A DNA stretch of 60,994 bases, filler included, from Basidiobolus meristosporus CBS 931.73 (GCA_002104905.1; 4 parts of 4 records of this genome joined end to end with filler, not necessarily neighbours in it), one strand, 5' to 3'. Counted from the whole stretch's first letter, positions 1-11,084 are shown. Made by a program: numbers and translations. The notes: a model not told the origin generated them from the sequence alone.

Positions 1-12
1 AGCACCCCCTGG

Positions 13-185
13 CAGTTAGTTGGTATTGAGTGGTGAATTGAGTCTTCCAGACATCCAGTATTTGGCACTTTGCATTCTGTCGGACTAAAGTATATCTTAG
101 CCAACCTAAAATGGCCAACATGTTAAAACGAATTGAAATTGGATCAAATAAAATGGGGTAGCAATTAGTATTTGTACGTTCTATC
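13..185 (+). repeat. Dispersed direct repeat, copy 1 (partner at 5338-5540)
   Basis: cagttagttggtattgagtggtgaattgagtcttccagacatccagtatttggcactttg...aaaatggccaacat...attagtattt aligns with 5338-5540, apart from indels. Confidence 0.85.
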
Positions 186-653
186 CTAATTGGTATACCA
201 GTTGAAGTACAAGCTACCAGCTTCCGAAAACCAAGTTACGGCATGTCTAGATTTCAAAGGGTGATTTCCAGATTTCGAATCATAAGATCATTCCTGAAGG
301 TGATATAATCGGAGATTAAATCGGGTAAATACGAACTTGAGATTTCCACTAAAAGAACTCATTGCACAGGTAGTTACTTCCGGATTGATAATCATCTTGG
401 AGGTTCTACCAACCCCAAGATAGGGTGTTTTGAAGTGTCAAAGTAAATCCTTATTCTTTGATGTATATCAACTGCACATGATCACACACAAGCTCAATTT
501 GATCATTAAAGCATTCATTGTTTTAATACGGAGTTGTCATCGGGATTGAGAATAAATTCTCGAAATATGTTTTTCGGATGAATGCATATGGAAATTATTA
601 TACCTTTTTGGTCCTACCAGGTATCATAAAAGTCTAGCATTTGAAACAACTTC

Positions 654-2486
654 CTATGAGTCAGAGCAATACCCTGAATCCATCACCGGAGATGTGGAGC
701 TGATACCAGTATTCTTTGGCAATATATCTTTGGAAAAAGGACTCATTGCTCTAGGGACTCCGGTATTTTTGAACTTTGTGACCAATTGATTTAACTTTTC
801 TGGTATAGCCGCGGGTGTGCGACGATACAGTACAAAACAGGTCATCACCTCACAAGGAGGAAGCAATCCTTCAGGAACACTCTCATCCAAAAATGTCTGC
901 TCAAGCCTCGCTTCAGCATTTCTCATCACTGATGAGTACATCTTTTGAATTTGGTAATGTGAGCAGTAACCCATTTCGAGTTTCAAATCCATTCGACCAG
1001 GTCGCACAATGGCTGGATCAAGCATTTCGGGGTGATTGGTTGTCAAGATAATGATGTTTCCCGGAGCGAGACTATGTCCATCAAGATTGGCAAGAAATGT
1101 TGCCAAGGAAAATGAGCCATCAATACCACCGCTTTTGCCCAATGACACAAAGCCCTCAGAAAATATATTTGTGTTCACATTCTCGGAAGTCTCGGTAGCC
1201 GTGGTTTGCTTACGTGAATGCAATACTCTGCTTTGAGTATCACAATCCTCCACAACAATGATCTGGTTAGGAGGAATGGAGTTGAAGGTGGCATTCAATG
1301 CAGTATCACTGTCAATTTCCTTCAAGTTGATCATGTACAGATCACGGCTTAATGCACTAACAATCGCATTCACCAGGGATGTCTTTCCGGTTCCAGGTCT
1401 TCCGAACAGAAGAATACCTCGACGATATGGAAGGCCAAGTTGATGATAAAACTCCTTATCATTTATGAAGGCTTCAAGATCCAGCTTCAATAAGTCTTCG
1501 TTATATTTTTCCAAACTAACAGCATCCAACCCTCGAGATTGTATTAATGTTTGTACAGGATTCCATCCACAGGATCCCCGCTCATACCGTGACTGAACCT
1601 GCTCTTGTTTTTGAACCATAAGATACTCTTTTGTGGTTGCCACAATGAACTCTAATACCTTGTTCATATCGGTATTTTCTTCTTCCAGCGTTCGAACTCT
1701 TTTTTCACTCATAGGTGCTTGGAGTGGTAATTTGGAATCAGGCGTAAACTGGTGGCAAAGCTCTACCATGATTGATGGTAGTACTCTAATACTTCTTTTC
1801 CGCTTGCTACTCGATGAGCTGGTGCTCCCTTCATTTTCTTCCTCTTCAGTAGGCTGTTGATAATCGTTGTCGGATGTCTCCTTGAAATACACTTTGAATA
1901 TATCACTTTTATGTCTCATATAGAGTGTTTCATTATCCTGGGGTAAAATATTGAAGAGTGGAATCCTTAAATCTTCGTCCTCGCTGTGTTTTTCGAAGCG
2001 GTCAATTTCGGGCACCATCAAAAATAGACCTTTAGGTAGATGTTTACTTTTCTCCGATATTATCCATGACAAGGCTTTATGATGCTCGTTGTGTTCTAGC
2101 TCGTCATAAAGACCAATAAACTTTGGCTCTACCTGCACTATGATAGACTCTGTCTGTGTATTTGGCTGATATTTGGATGCAGATACTGCAAAATACCCCA
2201 GGAAGTTGAATAGTGCAACAATCCCTGCGGCCAGTGCAGACACTATGAACATATCAACTGCCATTATGCCAGTAGAAAAGTACTTCTCCATCTTGAACGG
2301 AAGCCAGGCCATGAGCATCATATTGATCTGGGAGTTGGTAAACAGGGAAGTAAACGGTGCCCATATATTTTTGATAGCATCGGTCTGTAGAAAGGAGTTT
2401 CTATCTTCGAGAGTTCTATTATGGTGTACCAAATGAATAGAACCATCCTTCAATGCTTGCTTGATTCCTGTGTCTGGCTTTATCAT
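654..2486 (-). CDS. BCS1-like AAA+ ATPase with N-terminal hydrophobic anchor, 610 aa, intronless
   Basis: Walker A GILLFGRPGTGKTS; Walker B IIVVEDCD; sensor/SRH IIILTTNHPEMLDPAIVRPGRMD; YRRGILL is typical of the BCS1 family; hydrophobic segment at about aa 55-100. Confidence 0.88.
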   Translation of the reverse strand: MIKPDTGIKQALKDGSIHLVHHNRTLEDRNSFLQTDAIKNIWAPFTSLFTNSQINMMLMAWLPFKMEKYFSTGIMAVDMFIVSALAAGIVALFNFLGYFAVSASKYQPNTQTESIIVQVEPKFIGLYDELEHNEHHKALSWIISEKSKHLPKGLFLMVPEIDRFEKHSEDEDLRIPLFNILPQDNETLYMRHKSDIFKVYFKETSDNDYQQPTEEEENEGSTSSSSSKRKRSIRVLPSIMVELCHQFTPDSKLPLQAPMSEKRVRTLEEENTDMNKVLEFIVATTKEYLMVQKQEQVQSRYERGSCGWNPVQTLIQSRGLDAVSLEKYNEDLLKLDLEAFINDKEFYHQLGLPYRRGILLFGRPGTGKTSLVNAIVSALSRDLYMINLKEIDSDTALNATFNSIPPNQIIVVEDCDTQSRVLHSRKQTTATETSENVNTNIFSEGFVSLGKSGGIDGSFSLATFLANLDGHSLAPGNIIILTTNHPEMLDPAIVRPGRMDLKLEMGYCSHYQIQKMYSSVMRNAEARLEQTFLDESVPEGLLPPCEVMTCFVLYRRTPAAIPEKLNQLVTKFKNTGVPRAMSPFSKDILPKNTGISSTSPVMDSGYCSDS

Positions 2487-4376
2487 TAGTGGAGAGATTT
2501 AAAAGAATAAGTATAGATGTGGGCAATGGGAAGTTGGTGATAAGTAACCCGTATAAAATAGGGTATACGTACATGGGGTAAGAACAACATTAGCCCCTAG
2601 GTGAAATATAGATTCCGGATGGTTTCCACAATTGCTTCATGTCTCAAAATGACATATCGTACAACTAGATTCCCTTTCGCACAATGAAAGGGGGAAGACC
2701 AATTATCGTATAGCTAGATTGATTCTTGTGGGATAAGAGTGGAAGTCAAGTTATCCAACTACCGTGTAATTAATCTGATCCAAAAACAACAAGTATTCAA
2801 TAAAATATAGTGAAACAGAATGATCATATATCATAGCTCATTGTGGTCCAAGATGCTATCCATCGAATACTACTAAAAATCAGGATATTGGCTACAGACT
2901 ATTCAAGAATGCGATGATGTTCATTTCACATCTGCGGCACGGGCAATTTTTCTGATCGTAAGAATGTTCAATTTTATCAGTTGAAGAATTTGTGCTTGTG
3001 AATACTAATCATATATAGAAATCCAGATGGCTGGCTGTGGCCTTCAATCAAATATTCAAGCAGGATATATTGATAGATGATTATCGTCGACTTTTTCATG
3101 GTTTTACCATCGACAGCATGCTTTGTAGTACGGTGTGTTCAACTCCAGGTTAAATTTTGCCGAGTTCTGGATAAACTGATATATTTCTGACGTTTCGCGC
3201 ATCGATAAAAATAGTATGATTCTTTGCCCAGCTGCCTTTTTGGGAATATCTACTGGATATATAGTTAAATCTTTTGTTAGCCAATTCAACTTAAGATGCG
3301 ATTTCGTATGGCACTATCTAAAATAGAATGCATCCATACATTGATTGGAAAATCTCAAGTTTGAGCATTCCGAATCAACGGTGCAAAATTTAATGTTGAC
3401 AATATCCACTTTCACATTTTTGGTGATAATATGTGGTGTTTTAGAGTTACAAGAAATACAATACTACTACAGGTCCTCTTTTGCAAGCTCTGGCCTTACC
3501 TATCGAATATAACCATTATTTATATTCATTTCCCTCCATGTACAACCGCTAGTTGTAATACCAATGAGAACGATGATGCGTTAAATGCCTGTCTAACTGC
3601 GGCCAAAATCGAATGTTATTCATCAAATTTAGTAAGAATCGAAGCACAGCAAACTACTTCAAGGGGATATATACTCTATGTTATTGGGAAAGGTACAGCT
3701 ACAAAGTAGTAAAGCTAATCACCAAGCACTCCGCATTGTATTTTACCAACTTAAAACCAAGATCATGCGTCGAATCAATTAAACCACATTGATATTCCTT
3801 TCTATAAGTTAGAAAATCAAGTCGGATCTTAAGAGGACTTGACCTAGTACTACTAGATCCACAAGCCTGTTTGAAGTTACTATCCACGATTTTTTTTCAA
3901 TTCTAGAGATCATTTGGTATGACGGTTGGTATATGACTTGCGAGTATTCTATAGTATAAACATAATAGAATAAGTTCTCTTGATTCAATCAACTTGACAC
4001 ACTTCACTAATATCATAAGGGACATGAACGGTGGCACAAAAAATGTCCTGGTAAACACATAGAGGCTTACAAGTACAATAAATGTTTGAGTGCATTTTAT
4101 ATAGAGCATAGAAATTCATACAAAATCCACTCAAATTTTAGACCTAGGAACCAGGTCAATACACAAGCCAGTATTCTCCGGAGTTTAGATAGAAGTCCAC
4201 TCATATGTAGGATCGCTATTAGGAATATGTAACTGTCCAGGATACCTCTCAGTAGACATTTATTGTTCATTAGATTGTATATCGTTAGCGATAAAAATTG
4301 CTCTAATTAATGGGAATTGTATGTCTCCTGTTACAAGTCAAGGTGTCAAGCTCCCATCAGAAGTGAAGCCATGTGC

Positions 4377-5150
4377 TTATCTACGCATTTGAGGATTAGA
4401 TATCCAACGCGTGGGGCTAACTGTGACCATGGAATAGATGTTTTGATCCTCATGGACGCCTCTATCCTTGCCCTTATTCTCATAGTCCGCACTTTCAATA
4501 GTACCCCCTGGCGTTTTACCTTTGATTTGGGATGAAGCTCCTCCATCGAGCATCACACCAAGCTCACACCCAATGTATGTTTTCATTAGGTCTCGAACTT
4601 GCGAGGGGGTAGCTGACTGAATGCTGGCCAAGATGATTTTGTTGTCAGTTCTTCTATATCCAATAGCTGTTCTTGCTGCCTTACCCTCTGGATACACTCT
4701 GCCCACACTCCATGCATGCTCCTTATCTTTGATAAGTTCTAACCATTCCTTATTGGTCATCGTAGAGTTCAGGTAAAGTCCAAGTCCACCAACGGCCCAT
4801 CTTATCTCACTGAGCGGTATTGACGAGTCAGATAACTTATTTATAGCTTCCACCGAGATGGTCAGCTCTCCATTGGGTAGTTTACGGCAGATCATAGTCC
4901 CTCTTGTGTAATCATTGGCATGCTTTTCACCACCAACACGGACAGGCTTCCCTCCATCAGAACAAGCAATAGCTACCAAGTTACCATTCGCATAGTTGAA
5001 ATAGCAACCATTTGATCCACAGAAGTTACTTTTTGCGACCGTGGTAGACCCAACATTGGCGACATCTACTGCCTGAATACTGGTCACAATAGCAGTTACT
5101 TGAAGACCGCTAAAGGTGAACTTGTTGACTCTTGCTTCGTTGGTAGACAT
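4377..5150 (-). CDS. Phosphodiester glycosidase (NAGPA/DUF2233-like) protein, 257 aa, intronless, no obvious signal peptide
   Basis: Motifs NGCYF (NGGFF-like), ARTAIGY, QVRDLM...GCELGVMLDGGASSQ (NLDGGGSS-like) occur in the canonical order. Confidence 0.75.
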   Translation of the reverse strand: MSTNEARVNKFTFSGLQVTAIVTSIQAVDVANVGSTTVAKSNFCGSNGCYFNYANGNLVAIACSDGGKPVRVGGEKHANDYTRGTMICRKLPNGELTISVEAINKLSDSSIPLSEIRWAVGGLGLYLNSTMTNKEWLELIKDKEHAWSVGRVYPEGKAARTAIGYRRTDNKIILASIQSATPSQVRDLMKTYIGCELGVMLDGGASSQIKGKTPGGTIESADYENKGKDRGVHEDQNIYSMVTVSPTRWISNPQMRR

Positions 5151-5183
5151 TGCTCCTTGATACTTTCGAAATGGAGTGAACTC

Positions 5184-5191
5184 CTTTTATA
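5184..5191 (-). promoter_or_regulatory. TATA box of the NAGPA-like gene
   Basis: TATAAAAG on the minus strand, about 34 nt upstream of the ATG at 5150. Confidence 0.5.
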
Positions 5192-5337
5192 GTGCTCAGC
5201 ACTATGTATCAAAGTGGACAACAGTACATCGTGGGGTTGCTGTTGAACGTTAATTTAAAGCTCTAGCCTATGGAAGCGTTGCAAAATACAGAATGGTCTA
5301 TGAATTTAGAGCTGTACACTTGACACTGCATGAAAAC

Positions 5338-5540
5338 CAGTTAGTCGGTGTTGAGTGGTGAATTGAGTCTTTCAGACATCCAATATTTGGCACTTTGTGC
5401 TCATTTTACGAGTCAGGCTAAAGAACGTCTTAATGTAGCAGCACCAGCTCGCTTAGCCAATCTGGGGATTAAAATGGCCAACATAGTAAAACGGGTTGTG
5501 TCAAATCAAAAGGGGCAGCGATTAGTATTTATTTTTATCC
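5338..5540 (+). repeat. Dispersed direct repeat, copy 2
   Basis: Aligns with 13-185; lies about 190-390 nt upstream of the NAGPA-like start codon. Confidence 0.85.
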
Positions 5541-6692
5541 AAGTAAACTTGGAATAGCGCGATTCTAGCCTCTCACTTAAATATATACATGCCAAGTATC
5601 TTTGCTGATAGTTACACCTCATTATATGAGCCAGCTTATATACAAGATAAAGGTGGTAGTATGCCATATTAGGCAGAGTATACTGAGTAATAGCGACTAT
5701 TGCATCTGTTAATTGGTAGTATTTTCTTCAAAATACCTCTCTCAAGGACCATCAATAATCTAGACTCAGCATACAGGTGTATCAATGCAATCACTTCCGA
5801 ACTACTTCAACCAATGCCAATATTACGAATGCAACCTTTGTACCCATTCTGGTGTCGATTGTGCATTACAGATACTTGCGATCTAGATTGAGATATCGAA
5901 AATCTACGATTTATAAACTTGTTACAACAGGAACGTGTTCTTTTTAATACATTACACATCAGAACAGGTAATTTTACGCACTACATGTGTGTTAGTCATG
6001 CATATATGCTAACTAGATTTACGTCGATAACTTGAGGTTCTCATACTTTTTTAAGATGTGGCAAATTTTTCTATTTATATATATGGTAACAAACATCAAA
6101 ATGCTTGATTTTGAGGTTCACCACTAAAGTTTATTGAATAATTAGTAGAATTATATAGCATACAGACATGTGCAATAGTGTTGAGTTCACACACTATATC
6201 TCTTGTACTTGGGAAATTTTAAAATCAAACAAAAACTAGAATTCTTGAGGCGTTAGTTTGTGTATAAAGATGCATTTTTCATAAAGGCGGGCCTCAATAT
6301 AGAGAGTATTACGTATACATTCAGTTATGATATGTCCCTATAAACCTAGAGACTACAACTACATATGAAAAGTAAGATTTGATCATCGAGGTGTATAAAG
6401 GATAAAGATTACGCAATTTGCATTGTTGTGATATCAGAACATGGTGATTTGAATGTAAGCATTGATTATCTTCAATAATCGTAAATAACGATTATTTTCT
6501 TCTTTTAACTAACAATACTTGTTGCATAAGTCAAGTTAATGGTGTAACATTGTTTCATCGCTGGAACTTTCAGTTTCACACAAAATCAACCCGCTCAGCC
6601 CAACTTATTTGCCCATGGGAATTCATGCTATTTATGAGATAGGCGGACTGCCATAAATGAGTGCATGGTAGTAAAGCAAATTACGATTAAAA

Positions 6693-8210
6693 ATGGTTTA
6701 CCTAACTCCCTGTACAGTCGCAAACGCCACTGGAGCCACTATGGAAGCTCAGTGTGAAAGCCAATTTGGTTCACTCATCTTGGATGATAGATGGACCGGC
6801 ATTGCAACAGCAATTGTTTCAGTTGCTCGCCCACTATCTGTAGCATTGATTGGCACTGCTGTATGGAACTTATGGTGGTTAACTAGACGTCGTTCAATGG
6901 AGAAAACGGGCCTTTGTGGCTCAAGTTGGTCAATTGCTACGGCAATGACGCATATTCCGGGAATATTTACTCTGCTTGGATCCATCTGGCGAGTTCACAA
7001 CTTAGGAGTAACAAAAGAGACGAAATCTTTGATTGGTATTCTCATTCTCATTGGAATGATGCTACCCCTAATAAGTTTACTTTGGGCCGCATATGTAATT
7101 GAAGTTGGAGATGTCCCTTATCAATTAACGCAAGTTATTCATTTTGGGCAAGAATACCTACCCAATGCAGTTGAAAAACGAGCACCGCTGTTGATGTCCA
7201 TGAACGATATCGTGTACAATGAGAAGCCACTACTTGGGTATGATATACTAAAAAACCACCCTTTGGGAATGCAATCAGCCGAACTCAAGCCAGTGGAAGC
7301 CCACTGGCGATGGTGGAAGTTGAAGGTTTTCCCCCTGGAAAGAAGTTGCATGGTATATAAGGCAGTGGTTACCGATGAGATTCTTGATGTGACGCCATCA
7401 GTATCATTTGGGGACGATACTATTGATATAGTTCAAGAAGAAACTATCCAGAAGTGCAGCTCACTCTCACCAGTATTGGAATTTATTGGATCAAGTTTGG
7501 TTATGGCTGATAACTCGCCATACAACATGAAAGATATTGAAAACCTCCAACTACAGGAAAACACAAACAGGCTGTGCCATGTCCAGTATTCATGCCGTGT
7601 CAATGCTACCTCGACTCGATGGGAAATTTTCACCAATACTAAAGGAGAAGTCAACTGGTACAATGAAAAAGGAGCATATGATCCACAGAGTGTAAAAGGC
7701 CTGATGTCATTTTTACAAGATAGGGCAAAGTTAAAGGATTATGCCATGAACACTTGGCTTATGTGCTGGATGGATTGGACTGGTAATGCAACCAGAATCA
7801 CCAAGGAAGCTGCAATGTTTAAGTATGATATGCATCTTTCATTAGGAAGATATAAACCGGCGCACATGACATTACAAGAGACCTTGGGTGAATTCACAAG
7901 GGAGGCGACACTTCAACAAGCCAAGAACGCAACAGTTATCTACTCGGGCCAGGTTTACAAGTTTCAGTTAAGCTTGATAGCAGGCATTTCTTGGTTGGTC
8001 GCCGTAATGCTAGCGTTGATGGCTTTACTCCTGGCACACCTGAAATCTCGCAATGATTGCTTATTGCACCGATTTCTTGACTTATGGCAAGTTGTGGGCA
8101 GTGTTTTCTTAACTAGGAAAGAGATCACGCTAGGTGATGAACAAAATTACCACAACTGGCCAATCAAGTGTGCTGACCAGGATCAAGATAATTCACCAGT
8201 AATCCACTGA
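6693..8210 (+). CDS. Uncharacterised membrane protein, 505 aa (about 3 N-terminal TM segments, a large loop and 1 C-terminal TM)
   Basis: Long intact ORF; hydrophobic stretches at about aa 38-62, 78-100, 113-137 and 425-450; no family motif recognised. Confidence 0.75.
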   Translation: MVYLTPCTVANATGATMEAQCESQFGSLILDDRWTGIATAIVSVARPLSVALIGTAVWNLWWLTRRRSMEKTGLCGSSWSIATAMTHIPGIFTLLGSIWRVHNLGVTKETKSLIGILILIGMMLPLISLLWAAYVIEVGDVPYQLTQVIHFGQEYLPNAVEKRAPLLMSMNDIVYNEKPLLGYDILKNHPLGMQSAELKPVEAHWRWWKLKVFPLERSCMVYKAVVTDEILDVTPSVSFGDDTIDIVQEETIQKCSSLSPVLEFIGSSLVMADNSPYNMKDIENLQLQENTNRLCHVQYSCRVNATSTRWEIFTNTKGEVNWYNEKGAYDPQSVKGLMSFLQDRAKLKDYAMNTWLMCWMDWTGNATRITKEAAMFKYDMHLSLGRYKPAHMTLQETLGEFTREATLQQAKNATVIYSGQVYKFQLSLIAGISWLVAVMLALMALLLAHLKSRNDCLLHRFLDLWQVVGSVFLTRKEITLGDEQNYHNWPIKCADQDQDNSPVIH

Positions 8211-8429
8211 CTCCTAGGTACAACATATGTTTCCATAGTATAAAGCTCAACTAGCACCAATGTGAAGACCTTCTGCTATAACAGATATGTACTCCATACT
8301 AAAACATAAGGATATTTTAGATAGCGATTTTGCATTTTTTTCATGAATATATAACCAATATCAATTTGAAAAAACTAATTCTACGAAGTCATTAACAAAT
8401 ACATCTTACAAAATGTTATATGGAAGAAC

Positions 8430-8527
8430 TAGTGTCACTGGCTGAATCCCGGCTACATGCCAGCAGAATGCCAGCTGAATACCGTCAAGTAAATGTAAAA
8501 AATCCAAATTTGAAATTTTTCATAGGG
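8430..8527 (+). repeat. Possible MITE-like fragment; related copy inverted at about 44950-45060
   Basis: gccagcagaatgccagc...tccaaatttgaaatttttcataggg resembles the reverse complement of 44950-45060 (ccagcagaat...gaatgccagc...tccagatttcagattttacatagag). Confidence 0.35.
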
Positions 8528-8746
8528 TATGTATTATTCTAGTTTTATTTGTTGCATAAGGGAAAACAAGTATTAGTTGGATATTTTTATATAAACGCAG
8601 TTATATGCGCATAAGCATCGTATTCACATGAGTAAAAATGATGATATAGTTCATGAGAGGATAACATGACCCTACAAGAGAGTTTTAAACGTAAAAGTGT
8701 AGTGGCAGAATTATAGAGTCAAGTTTAACATTCAAGCAAAAGAATA

Positions 8747-9499
8747 CTAAAGTAGCATTAAAAATGTTACTATGCTGATTGACAAAAAGGCTAGGCCGTA
8801 TGTTTTAGTATTGTCAATCCCCGAATTTTTATGTGTTTGAGCTAGATATTGACCCGAGGAACTGGAAATACAACCTCCGTTTGCTCCTACAACTTTACTG
8901 CCGCCATTGACATAGGAACTCATTTCCCAGTAGCCATCCTTCCAGGCCACTGTATTCCCGCTGCATGCAACATAAAGTTTATCCGGGCTTCCATAGGCGC
9001 GCTCACCAATGTATGTAAGTTGTTTATGAATAAACAAATCAATACAGGGATCAGATGTGAAGTCGATTCGGAAGCCGTTTTGATGCGAATAGTGATGAGA
9101 AAAGGTCTGTATAGGATCTTGCAACTCTGTTCCTCCGATCACTTGGACATTTGGACATTTGCTGAAAACTAGAAAATTAATCAGCCCATTGAGCGTTTCG
9201 TTTCGGATATTTTCAAATGAAGGACATCCCACATGGCTTGAGTGATCGCAACCGATTGAAATACCAAACGATTGTAGAGTACTTGCGGCTTCCGTATGGG
9301 GTATTCTACGATCATCCACACATAGCACACTAGCTCCTTCTCGACATTCACACTTAGGGGCACCAGGGAGCCAGCTTTCTATATGCTCCATTCGCTGATA
9401 GGGTATATAACCAAAAAGTTCACCATATTGAACCTTACTCCACACGCTAAATACAATAATTAGTAAACAATTATGAAATATAGATGATTGAGTATTCAC
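8747..9499 (-). CDS. Secreted, putatively GPI-anchored Cys-rich protein with an M15/LAS-like H-x6-D motif, 250 aa
   Basis: N-terminal hydrophobic signal; core GCPSFENIR...VIGGTE...SHQNGFRID...YIGER; C-terminal NSG plus spacer plus hydrophobic tail GLAFLSISIVTFLMLL. Confidence 0.7.
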   Translation of the reverse strand: MNTQSSIFHNCLLIIVFSVWSKVQYGELFGYIPYQRMEHIESWLPGAPKCECREGASVLCVDDRRIPHTEAASTLQSFGISIGCDHSSHVGCPSFENIRNETLNGLINFLVFSKCPNVQVIGGTELQDPIQTFSHHYSHQNGFRIDFTSDPCIDLFIHKQLTYIGERAYGSPDKLYVACSGNTVAWKDGYWEMSSYVNGGSKVVGANGGCISSSSGQYLAQTHKNSGIDNTKTYGLAFLSISIVTFLMLL

Positions 9500-10585
9500 C
9501 TTGGTTCCTTTTTATTGCTCGGTTTAGCATCCAAGGTTTGACACAAAATCGTAACGATGGTTCCATTTTCTAATCTGAGGCGTTTGTCACTTGACAACAC
9601 CGGATAAAGGTACAAATCGGAGTTTTCTAGCAAATGGACTTCGTTATATTGAAGCGAGAGTGTAGGGCTGGAACACCATGCAAGGATCATTAGAAGCAAC
9701 TTGTTCATCTTGATGTATAGAAAGTAGCTGTACTTGGTATTCATAAAGCAATTTATAGCAGACCACACATACATTCTTGATTTGACTGTAATCTAGAATC
9801 TTGTAGTGCTACCATAATAGACACAATACACCAAAGATGAAATCGTTTATACTAATATCTAAGATATCACACCTATATATTGTAAAACATAATAATGGTG
9901 ATGATTCGTCAACTTTACCGTTAAACACTTTAAAAGGGGCATAAGCTCGACAATAATATACCGTATCCACAGCTTCTATCGCCTATAACAACTGTGAATA
10001 CAATGAAGCTGGTGAAACCCGGTTTTAGAATAACGTATATTATACTGAATGAATACAGATAAGTCTAATCAATGTATCAAGCAAAGTGAATCATTCTTCT
10101 GAAGCCATGTATACCACTGCTACATTCGAAAATATTTTTCCCTTTGTGGCTAATAGTATGTACAAGGTCAAAATACTACTTTATTGATTAATTGTTTGTC
10201 TTAAGTATGATCCTTGTGAAGTTTTGGGCAGATGTGGGACTTGCTGTCGTGTACCGGTTGTATTTTTCAAGTGAAAGGCTAAATATTGTGTCATACTATA
10301 AATTCCGACATTGCGGTGGCTTAAGAGTAGTACATGTTTCCTTTTCCGCTCATTGATACTTGTTAAGCTATGGTATTACCAACATTATATATATTTGACA
10401 TCATTACAAATGATTGCTTCAAACTTGATGTTGAATATGTAGGCTAAGGTGAAAATACCACAGTCGGTCGCTTGTAACGCAATCATCATACACAATCTAA
10501 TCTGAAATTGAATAAGCTTGAATAAAATAATTGATTTCGATCCTTATTTGACACCTAGGGAAAAGTGATCAAGGCAAGTATTTGA

Positions 10586-10685
10586 NNNNNNNNNNNNNNN
10601 NNNNNNNNNNNNNNNNNNNNNNNNNNNNNTTAATTAATTAANNNNNNNNNNNNNNNNNNNNNNNNNNNNNNNNNNNNNNNNNNNN
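10586..10685. other. Scaffold gap 1 (N44-TTAATTAATTAA-N44 artificial linker)
   Basis: Identical 100-nt structure at three places; the linker gives stop codons in all six frames. Confidence 0.97.
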
Positions 10686-11084
10686 CACATAGATATCTGC
10701 ACCTAAATCACCTTCCTGGCTGGACAACTTTCTGTATTCATTGCTGAGTACATCTAATATACTATACAGCAGGAAACAAATAAATGGGTGGAATGCCAAT
10801 GCTTGCATTACTATCTGCATTGCAGATAACCCAACCATCAGCAAGATAGACAGCTTTTGTAGGTACCAAGTATAGTTTTGCTGCTGAGTGAGTGAGATCA
10901 AGGGGATTTACCCCATTATTCAAACCCATTATGATCATCAAAATACTGGCACTATGCTCATCATCATCCCACAATGATAACCTATAGAGGTTAGCATGCA
11001 GTTGCATCCAAAAATAACGCAATTGACTACAGGTTTTGGCCAAATCTGTTGCTATCACAGTTTGCATCATAAATAGATGCCCAG

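Noticed and set aside
2760-4260. Short minus-strand ORFs that might be a decayed gene
   Set aside because: Stops in all frames and no recognisable family motif
5153-5158. AAGGAG just before the NAGPA-like ATG as a relic Shine-Dalgarno site
   Set aside because: Only 2 nt from the ATG, too close for a functional SD; can occur by chance
9496-9774. 92-aa ORF overlapping the start of the GPI-type gene
   Set aside because: No motif or splice evidence; probably upstream non-coding sequence
10630-10641. TTAATTAATTAA palindrome centred in N runs (also at 23361 and 36501)
   Set aside because: Identical artificial scaffold linker, not biological; adjacency across these gaps is unverified
10638-11070. 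ORFs 10638-10901 and 10762-11070
   Set aside because: One runs into the gap; the other has no recognisable motif and lies in degenerate DNA
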